This document shows, piece after piece, positions 56,899 through 64,000 of a DNA stretch of 64,000 nt. The first letter of the stretch is position 1. The number at the start of each line of letters is the position of its first letter. The notes beneath the pieces were generated by a model. The model had not been told where the DNA came from. It saw only the letters and a list, made by a program, of their open reading frames with translations, and ran no database searches. The position numbers and the translations under genes were made by a program. Location of the stretch: contig OZ245843.1 of assembly GCA_965228875.1 (NCBI GenBank), positions 2,958,616-3,022,615 of the forward strand. The letters run 5' to 3'. The stretch comes from Thalassobaculaceae bacterium. Its GTDB lineage: Bacteria > Pseudomonadota > Alphaproteobacteria > Thalassobaculales > Thalassobaculaceae.

Positions 56899-57251
56899 CC
56901 GCCGTCGGCGCAGTCGATGCAGATCGTCGCCGCCGGATCGAAGGCGAGGCGTGCCGCCGCGATCTCCTCGCCGCACCGCACGCACACGCCGTAGTCGCCG
57001 GCCTCCAGCCGCCTGAGCGCGCTGTCGATCCGCTGCAGTTCGAGGGCGCGGCGCCGGTCGGTTTCGAGGGCCATGGCCTGTCCCTGGATCGCGTCCATGC
57101 GCGACAGCCTGCCGACCCTCGTCTGATCCAGTTCCACCGCGTCGCGCGACTCTTTCGAGCCGGCGATCAGCGCCTGCAGATCCGCCCGGCGCTCGGTCAG
57201 CACCCGGCGCACGGCCGCATCGTCGTCCGGATCGAAGGGAGTGTCGGTCAT
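56895..57251 (-). CDS. TraR/DksA C4 zinc-finger protein
   Basis: VGRLSRMDA, YGVCVRCGEEI..RL...CIDC. Confidence 0.88.
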   Translation of the reverse strand: MTDTPFDPDDDAAVRRVLTERRADLQALIAGSKESRDAVELDQTRVGRLSRMDAIQGQAMALETDRRRALELQRIDSALRRLEAGDYGVCVRCGEEIAAARLAFDPAATICIDCADGG

Positions 57252-57337
57252 CGCGACAGGATGCCGGAGCCGACCGCTGGTGTCATCCCGGCACCGGTCC
57301 TCGGCAGGTTTCGCCAACACCACAGGAGACCGGCACC

Positions 57338-58354
57338 TCAGTAGATCAGCTGGTCCTCGCCGCTGGAGCCGCCGAGCACGATCTCGCCGCGGTCGGCCAG
57401 ATCCTTGGCCGACTGGATCAGGGCGTTCTGCGCGTCCTCCACGTCCTTGAGGCGGACCGGGCCGAGCGCCTGCATGTCCTCGCGCATCAGCTTGGCGGCG
57501 CGCTCCGACATGTTGGAGAAGAACAGGTCGCGCAGTTCCTCCGACGCCCCCTTGAGCGCGACGGTCATCTTGTCCTTGTCGACAGCGCGCATCAGGGTCT
57601 GCACGCCGGCCGGATCCAGGCGGCTGAGGTCCTCGAAGGTGAACATCAGCGAGCGGATCTTCTCCGCGCTGTCCTTGTTGCGCTCCTCCAGGGCGGAGAG
57701 AAAGCGGCTCTCGGTGGCGCGGTCGAGGCTGTTGAAAATCTCGGCCATCATCTCGTGGCTGTCGCGCCGGTTGGTGCGCGCCAGGTTGGACATGAACTCG
57801 GTGCGCAGCACCCGCTCTACGTCGCGCTCGATCTCCTTGTTGACCGCCTCCATGCGCAGCATGCGCATGACGACTTCCATGGCGAAGTTCTCAGGCAGCA
57901 CGCCAAGCACCTTGGCGGCGTGTCCCTGCTGAATCTTCGCCAGGATGACGGCCACGGTCTGCGGGTATTCGTTCTTCAGGTAGTTCGCCAGAACGTTCTC
58001 GTTCACGTTGGCGAGCTTGTCCCACATGGTGCGACCCGCCGGCCCGCGGATCTCCTCCATGATGTCGGCGACCCGATCTTCGCCGAGCACCTTGGTCAGC
58101 AACCGCTCGGTGCTGTCGAGCGACCCGACGAGCGAGCCGGTGGAGGACACCTGCTCGGCGAACTCGACGAACAACCGTTCGACGATATTTGAAGAAACGG
58201 TGCCGAGGCCGGCCATGACCTGGGAGATCTCCTTGATCTCCTCGTCGTCCATCTGGCTGAACAGTTTCGCGGCCTGTTCCTCGCCCAGCGACATCAGCAG
58301 GATGGCGGCCTTCTCGGGCCCGTTGATGCTGCGATAATCCTCACGAACGCGCAT
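57338..58354 (-). CDS. fliG: Flagellar motor switch protein FliG
   Basis: [42 protein letters not shown]. Confidence 0.95.
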   Translation of the reverse strand: MRVREDYRSINGPEKAAILLMSLGEEQAAKLFSQMDDEEIKEISQVMAGLGTVSSNIVERLFVEFAEQVSSTGSLVGSLDSTERLLTKVLGEDRVADIMEEIRGPAGRTMWDKLANVNENVLANYLKNEYPQTVAVILAKIQQGHAAKVLGVLPENFAMEVVMRMLRMEAVNKEIERDVERVLRTEFMSNLARTNRRDSHEMMAEIFNSLDRATESRFLSALEERNKDSAEKIRSLMFTFEDLSRLDPAGVQTLMRAVDKDKMTVALKGASEELRDLFFSNMSERAAKLMREDMQALGPVRLKDVEDAQNALIQSAKDLADRGEIVLGGSSGEDQLIY

Positions 58355-58476
58355 GATCGCCCCGACCTCTTGCCGGCCCCGTCTCAACCGTCTCTGGAAT
58401 GCGTCTTAACCATAAGACCGCCGATGCGGAGGGTACATACATGAAATGACGTTTTGATGTCGATGTGGTTCGCCGA

Positions 58477-59319
58477 TCAGGCCTGCAGATCGTTCAACCG
58501 TCGATCGTCCATCCAGACCACCTCCGGCCGGGTCGCGAGCACCGCCCGCGTCTCCGCAACGGCGTACTGCGCGATGCCCGCGAACACACCCTGAAGCGAG
58601 CCGCCGAAATCCGCCATGTTGCGCCGCCACATCGCGTTCAGGCGCACGAGTCCGGGGCGATCCGGCGCCGGATCGACCGCCCGCGAATGCCCGACATAGT
58701 CGATCGCGGCATCCTCGAGCCGGCGATCGACGTCAGCTCCGGCGTACGCCCGGCGGGACAGGCTGGGCGCCCCGAGCGTGCCATCGCACAGACCGTAGTG
58801 CCAGCGCGGATCGTGGAACACCGGGGCCAGCACCTCGCGCCGGATCGCGTCCAGCGACACCGCACGCCCCGCCACCTCGACCAGCGGCGCCGACCAGGGG
58901 CCGTCGTCGAACGGACCGCCGACATCGATCTCGTCGGGGCTGCGCACGATCAGATGCGCCAGCACCAGCCGCACGACCAGGGCGTTGTGCAGGTTGAGCC
59001 AGAACGCGAGCTGTTCGCGGCGGGACAGGAAGGCCACCGCGATCGCCGACTGCTCGCGGACATAGGCCTCGAGCAGTTCCCGGTCGGCGGTCGGCACGCG
59101 GGCGTAGTCCACCCGCGTGATTCCGTCCGGCCAGTCCCGGGTGTTGCGGTCGAGAAAGACCTGCCAGACCCGGTGATCGACGATCCGTCGCGACAGCGGG
59201 TCGTGGCGGCGCCAGAGCGCCGGTCCCGGCCCGACGGCACAGGCAGTGACGGCGCAAGCGGCGGCGGGGAGCGCGACGCAGGCGGCAAGGACGGATCGGC
59301 GCGACAGCGGTCTCGGCAT
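58477..59319 (-). CDS. DUF547 family exported protein
   Basis: RVDYA, EQLAFWLNLHNA, DPRWHYGLC. Confidence 0.8.
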   Translation of the reverse strand: MPRPLSRRSVLAACVALPAAACAVTACAVGPGPALWRRHDPLSRRIVDHRVWQVFLDRNTRDWPDGITRVDYARVPTADRELLEAYVREQSAIAVAFLSRREQLAFWLNLHNALVVRLVLAHLIVRSPDEIDVGGPFDDGPWSAPLVEVAGRAVSLDAIRREVLAPVFHDPRWHYGLCDGTLGAPSLSRRAYAGADVDRRLEDAAIDYVGHSRAVDPAPDRPGLVRLNAMWRRNMADFGGSLQGVFAGIAQYAVAETRAVLATRPEVVWMDDRRLNDLQA

Positions 59320-59390
59320 GAGGCCAGTCTACGCGTTGACGTGGCGCCGCCACCATCGCTACATGGCGCCTCTTCCTCCGGAGTCGCCGC

Positions 59391-60335
59391 TTGGACGCCA
59401 TCCTCAACGCCGTCGTCCCGCTGTTCGCCGTCATCTTCCTCGGATTCGCCGCCGGCAAGGGCCGGATGCTGACGGAGGACTGGATCCGCGGCCTGAACAG
59501 CTTCGTGTTCACCTTCGCCATGCCGCCGATGCTGTTCCGGCTCATGGCGAAGACCGACGTGCTTGCGCTCGGCGAGTGGTCGTTCATGGCCGGCTATCTC
59601 TACGGAGAAATCCTGCTGTTCACCGGCGGCGCTGTACTGGGCGGGCTGCTGTTTCGCCAGCGCTTCGCCGAGATGACCATGCAGGGGTTCGGCTCCTGTT
59701 TCTCCAATGGGGTGTTGCTCGCCCTGCCGCTCCTGATCGGCCTGTACGGCGAGCGCGGCGCGGCGCCGGCGGCGCTGCTGTTCACCCTCGACGTGCTGAT
59801 GTTCAGCGTCGTCACCATGATGCTCGAGATCGCCCGGGGCCGCGACCGGCCGGGCGGCGGCTGGCGGGCGGTGCGCACCTCGCTGCGCGCCATGCTGAAG
59901 AACCCCATCCTGATGTCGACCCTGCTCGGCATCCTGTGGGGGATCGCCGGCCTGCCGCTGCCGGACCTGGTCGACCGCACCTTCGGCTTCATCGGTCAGG
60001 CGGGACCGCCCTCGGCGCTGTTCGCGCTCGGCGCGACGCTCGCCTACCGCCGGGTCAGCGGCAGCATCGGCCCCGCCGCGCAGATGGTCCTGTTCAAGCT
60101 GTTCCTGCACCCCCTGGTCACCTTCGTGATCCTGACCCAGGTGGTGACCGTCGACCCGTTCTGGATGCAGGCGGCGGTGATCTTCGCCGCCTGTCCCATC
60201 GGCGCCAACGTCTACGTCTTCGCCCAGCACTACGGCATCTCCGTCACCGCGGCCTCGGCCGGCATCCTCGCCTCGACCGGCCTGTCGCTGCTGACGGTGA
60301 CCGGCCTGCTGCTGCTGTATCCGCCGGTGGGCTGA
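59391..60335 (+). CDS. AEC (auxin efflux carrier) family transporter
   Basis: FVFTFAMP, FSNGVLLALP, NPIL, PIGANVY. Confidence 0.87.
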   Translation: MDAILNAVVPLFAVIFLGFAAGKGRMLTEDWIRGLNSFVFTFAMPPMLFRLMAKTDVLALGEWSFMAGYLYGEILLFTGGAVLGGLLFRQRFAEMTMQGFGSCFSNGVLLALPLLIGLYGERGAAPAALLFTLDVLMFSVVTMMLEIARGRDRPGGGWRAVRTSLRAMLKNPILMSTLLGILWGIAGLPLPDLVDRTFGFIGQAGPPSALFALGATLAYRRVSGSIGPAAQMVLFKLFLHPLVTFVILTQVVTVDPFWMQAAVIFAACPIGANVYVFAQHYGISVTAASAGILASTGLSLLTVTGLLLLYPPVG

Positions 60336-60336
60336 G

Positions 60337-61002
60337 GTGGCCCGTCGAGGGTCCGCAAAGGCCGCCAACCACCGCCGCGCCGGCCTGTGGCGACGGCGCA
60401 CGGGAACCCTCACCCGCTGGGTCGTGGTGGTGGGCGCGATCGCCGCTGCGATCGCCGGCGCCCGCCAGTCGGAGCTGTTCTACCCGCTCGACGAGGCGTT
60501 CGAGCGCGACCTCTACCGTCACTGGAGCGATGCCGACGGCGATTGCCGGGACACCCGTCAGGAGGTCCTGATCGCCGAGAGCCTGGACCCGCCGACGCTG
60601 TCCGCCGACGGCTGCAGGGTGGTGAGCGGCCGCTGGTACGATCCGTTCACCGGCGCCACCTTCACCGATCCGCGCACCGTCGACATCGACCACCGCGTTC
60701 CGCTGTCCGAGGCCCATCGTTCCGGCGGCCACCGCTGGGATGCGGCCCGGCGCGAGGCCTTCGCCAACGACCTCTCGCACCCGGACACGCTGATCGCCGT
60801 GGACCGCAGCGCCAACCGCTCGAAAGGCGACGGCGATCCGCTGTCCTGGATGCCGCCGGCGCTCGGCTACTGGTGCCCCTATGCCGCCCGCTGGCGCGGG
60901 ACGAAGGAACGCTGGGACCTGGAGGAGGACCTGCTGGAGGGACTCTGGATCGATGCGGTCCTCGGCACCTGCCGGCTGCTCGACCGGCCGACCGGGCCGT
61001 AA
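60337..61002 (+). CDS. HNH endonuclease (DUF1524-like), probably exported
   Basis: DIDHRVPL, FAND, ANRSKGD; N-terminal hydrophobic segment. Confidence 0.8.
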   Translation: MARRGSAKAANHRRAGLWRRRTGTLTRWVVVVGAIAAAIAGARQSELFYPLDEAFERDLYRHWSDADGDCRDTRQEVLIAESLDPPTLSADGCRVVSGRWYDPFTGATFTDPRTVDIDHRVPLSEAHRSGGHRWDAARREAFANDLSHPDTLIAVDRSANRSKGDGDPLSWMPPALGYWCPYAARWRGTKERWDLEEDLLEGLWIDAVLGTCRLLDRPTGP

Positions 61003-61068
61003 GTCCGCCACTGGCGCGGTTCTGCCGTGCGCGCTACTAAGATCGAAACCGCGCACCAGGGAGCCGTC

Positions 61069-62283
61069 ATGCCGTTCGATTTCGACGAGATCATCGATCG
61101 TGAGCACACCCATTCGGTCAAATGGGACTACCACAACCATGGCGGCTTCGCCCATTGGGACAGAACCTACCGGCACCATGGCGACGACCGGATCCTGCCG
61201 ATGTGGGTCGCCGACATGGACTTCCGGTGTCCGCCGGCGGTGACCGAGGCGCTGGGCCGGCTCGCCGCCCACGGCATCTTCGGCTACTCGGCCAAGACCG
61301 ACGACTATGTCGAGGCCGTGTGCGGCTGGTTCCGCGACCGCCAGGGCTGGGACGTGCAGGGCGACTGGCTGCTGACCGCGCCCGGCGTGGTGCCGACCCT
61401 GAACGTCGTGGTCCGCGCCTTCACCGAGCCCGGCGACAAGGTGATCGTGCAGCGGCCGGTCTACTACCCGTTCTTCCGCGTCACCCATAACAACGGCTGC
61501 GAGGTGGTCTCCAACTCCCTGATCCTGGAGGAGGACGGCTACCGCATGGACCTCGACGACCTGGAGGCGAAGGCGAAGGACCCGAAGGCCAAGCTGCTGA
61601 TCCTGTGCTCGCCGCACAACCCGATCGGCAAGGTGTGGAGCCGCGAGGACCTGGTCGCCGTCGCCGAGATCTGCGCCCGCCACGGCGTCATCGTCGTCGC
61701 CGACGAGATCCATGGCGACCTGATGTTCCCAGGCGCCGCCTTCACCCCCTTCGCCACCCTGGGCGAGACGGCGGCCGAGAACACCATCGTCTGCACCGCG
61801 CCGTCGAAGACCTTCAACCTCGCCGGTCTGCACACCTCCAACATCTTCATCCCCAATCCCCAGCTGCGCGAGCAGTTCGCCACCACCTACGCGGTCCACT
61901 CGCTGCCGGGCATGAACCCGTTCGGGATCGCCGCCACCATCGCCGCCTACCGGGGCGGGGCGGAGTGGCTCGACGCGGTGATGGCCTATGTGGCCGGCAA
62001 CGCCGACAGGCTGATCGCCTTCTTCGGCCAGGAGCTCCCCGAGATCCGCGCCTTCCGCCCGGAAGGCACCTATCTGCAGTGGTTCGACTGCCGCGCCCTC
62101 GGCCTCGACAAGGACGCGCTCGAGGACCTGATGCTGAACCGGGCCGGCGTGTATTTCGACGAGGGCTACATCTTCGGCGACGAGGGCGCCGGCTTCGAGC
62201 GCATTAACCTCGCCTGCCCGCGCAGCACCCTCGACCAGGCGCTGGTGCGCATCCGCGATGCGATCCGAGGGTCCGCTCCATGA
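61069..62283 (+). CDS. MalY/PatB PLP-dependent C-S lyase
   Basis: PMWVADMDF, LCSPHNP, DEIHGD, APSKTFNLAGL. Confidence 0.92.
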   Translation: MPFDFDEIIDREHTHSVKWDYHNHGGFAHWDRTYRHHGDDRILPMWVADMDFRCPPAVTEALGRLAAHGIFGYSAKTDDYVEAVCGWFRDRQGWDVQGDWLLTAPGVVPTLNVVVRAFTEPGDKVIVQRPVYYPFFRVTHNNGCEVVSNSLILEEDGYRMDLDDLEAKAKDPKAKLLILCSPHNPIGKVWSREDLVAVAEICARHGVIVVADEIHGDLMFPGAAFTPFATLGETAAENTIVCTAPSKTFNLAGLHTSNIFIPNPQLREQFATTYAVHSLPGMNPFGIAATIAAYRGGAEWLDAVMAYVAGNADRLIAFFGQELPEIRAFRPEGTYLQWFDCRALGLDKDALEDLMLNRAGVYFDEGYIFGDEGAGFERINLACPRSTLDQALVRIRDAIRGSAP

Positions 62284-63323
62284 CCGGCATCCCCCGCCTC
62301 GACGCGATGCCCCGGGTCCGCATGGCGCATCTGCCGACCGGGATCGAGGAGATGGCCAACCTGCGCGCCACCCTGTTTCCGGCCGGCGACGGCCCGCGCC
62401 TGCTGGTGAAGCGCGACGACAACACCGGCGTGGCCATGGGCGGGAACAAGGTCCGCCAGCTCGAGTTCTATCTCGGCGACGCGGTCGAGGCGGGCGCCGA
62501 CACCGTGCTGATCTCCAGCGCGGTGCAGTCCAACTACATGCGGACCTGCGCCGCCATGGCCGCCCGGCTCGGCCTGGAGTGCCACCTGCAGCTCGAGGAG
62601 CGGGTGCCGAAGAACGACCCGCTCTACCGGACCAACGGCAACGTGCTGCTCGACCGGATCGCCGGCGCCCACCTGCACAGCTATCCCGAGGGCGAGGACG
62701 AGGCCGGCGCCGACCGGTCGGTCGAGGAGATCGCCGACCGGCTCCGCGCCGAGGGCAGGAAGCCGTACGTCATCCACCTGAGCCCGACCCATCCGCCGGT
62801 CGGCGCCGTCGGCTATGTCGATGCCGCCCGCGAGCTGCTCGGCCAGTTGGAGGCGCGCGGCGAGACGGTGGACCGGATCTATGTCGGCTCCGGCTCGGCG
62901 GCGACCCATACCGGGCTGCTCTGGGGCCTGCGCGCCTTCGGGTCGCCGATCCCGGTGGTCGGGGTCTGCGTGCGCCGCCCCGCCGCCCAGCAGGGGCCTC
63001 GGGTGCGCGGCAACCTGGACCGGCTGTCGGCGCTTCTGCACCACGATCCGGGTTTCTCCGACGACGACGTGATTGTCACGGACGTCTCGCTCGGCCCCGG
63101 CTACGGCCGGGTGACCGACCCGATCCGCGAGGCCATCGCCCTGGCCGGCTCCCGGGAAGGGTTGTTCGTGGACCCGGTCTATACCGGCAAAGTGCTGGCG
63201 GGCATGCTCGCCGAGCTGCGCGACGGCGCCATGGGGGCGGACGAGACCGCCCTGTTCCTGCACACCGGCGGCCAGCCGTCGCTGTTCGCCTATGGCGAGT
63301 CGGTGCTGACCGAGGCCGGCTGA
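62280..63323 (+). CDS. D-cysteine desulfhydrase family PLP enzyme
   Basis: KRDD..GGNKVRQLE, DPVYTGK, FLHTGG. Confidence 0.87.
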   Translation: MTGIPRLDAMPRVRMAHLPTGIEEMANLRATLFPAGDGPRLLVKRDDNTGVAMGGNKVRQLEFYLGDAVEAGADTVLISSAVQSNYMRTCAAMAARLGLECHLQLEERVPKNDPLYRTNGNVLLDRIAGAHLHSYPEGEDEAGADRSVEEIADRLRAEGRKPYVIHLSPTHPPVGAVGYVDAARELLGQLEARGETVDRIYVGSGSAATHTGLLWGLRAFGSPIPVVGVCVRRPAAQQGPRVRGNLDRLSALLHHDPGFSDDDVIVTDVSLGPGYGRVTDPIREAIALAGSREGLFVDPVYTGKVLAGMLAELRDGAMGADETALFLHTGGQPSLFAYGESVLTEAG

Positions 63324-64000
63324 CGCCTTCCGCGGCGCATTCTGGCCTCGTATTCCTCCAGGGTGCGCAGCCGCATGCCCTGGAAATCGGCGAGGAACGC
63401 GGGTCCCGGCTCGCCGGCGAAGGCGACCACCTGAACCGACCGGACGCCGCATTTCGGATCGCCCGCCACATGCCGCGGGTTGCCGGGCGACACGTGGACG
63501 GTGAACAGCAGGTAGCATTCCATGCCGGCCGCGACGAGACGCGGGAACCAGCGCCGCACCGCCGGCGGCCGGTCGGCCTCGATGCAGAGCACCAGGCCGG
63601 GATGGATCAGTCCCGACAGACCGTCGAGAACCGCTTCCTCCATCCCCTCGACGTCGATTTTGACCACGCGGGGGCGCGGCGCGCGCAGTTTCAGAAAACT
63701 GTCGAGCCGCACGATTGGCGCCGGGCAGGTCAGGCCGCTGTAGAGGTCCAGCGACACCGCGCCGAAATTGCCGCTCTGGCGGATGTCCGGCATCGGCACG
63801 TCGATCACGCCGTCCCGGTCGCCGACGGCAAGCGGGAAGACCTGGGCGTCGTCGCCGTGCATCAGGTTCACGCCGGCGAGGGCGTGATAGGGCAGCTGCG
63901 GCTCGAAGCCGAGGATGCGGTAGCCGCGGCGGTCCCGCTGCAGGGCCGCCGAGATCGCCCCGATATTGGCTCCGACGTCGATGAAGGTATCGCCGGGGGA
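63290..64000 (-). CDS. FkbM family methyltransferase (5' truncated)
   Basis: Frame is open to the window edge: FIDVGANIG, GFEPQ, VKIDVEGME. Confidence 0.87.
   Translation of the reverse strand, partial: SPGDTFIDVGANIGAISAALQRDRRGYRILGFEPQLPYHALAGVNLMHGDDAQVFPLAVGDRDGVIDVPMPDIRQSGNFGAVSLDLYSGLTCPAPIVRLDSFLKLRAPRPRVVKIDVEGMEEAVLDGLSGLIHPGLVLCIEADRPPAVRRWFPRLVAAGMECYLLFTVHVSPGNPRHVAGDPKCGVRSVQVVAFAGEPGPAFLADFQGMRLRTLEEYEARMRRGRRQPASVSTDSP

Noticed and set aside
60337..61002. HNH nuclease as a defence system
   Set aside because: Standalone, host-like GC and an N-terminal hydrophobic segment; more likely an exported nuclease
62280..63323. ACC deaminase (acdS)
   Set aside because: Has DPVYTGK and HTGG rather than the AcdS-diagnostic DPVYEGK and HLGG

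Overview
High-GC alphaproteobacterial chromosome; gene content suggests Rhodospirillales (inference). Bases 1-~8760 are the right end of a genomic island inserted at tRNA-Arg(ACG) (8760-8836, minus strand). The island carries an AT-richer, tightly coupled operon: C5 DNA methyltransferase (truncated by the window edge), GHKL/MORC ATPase, SF2-helicase/Z1 protein and PD-(D/E)XK (DUF4420-like) nuclease. This looks like an Mza-related or RM-like anti-phage system. It is followed by a hairpin-rich leader, an ArdA antirestriction gene, two uncharacterised genes and a large serine recombinase whose last codons run into the tRNA. The rest is mostly core or flexible genome: gpt, a degenerate PanC paralogue, a histidine kinase, a Mo-oxidoreductase, GlxA/DJ-1, accA-xerD, aroK-aroB-corC, CoA-transferase and hydratase genes, three chemoreceptors with CtrA-like boxes at two of them, a urease operon with an unusual ureB-ureC fusion and a translationally coupled TauD dioxygenase, sulfur-related genes, a Rieske/cyclase/MFS operon, an orphan fliG, and patB with a D-cysteine desulfhydrase-family gene. 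All calls come from motif recognition; no database searches were run.
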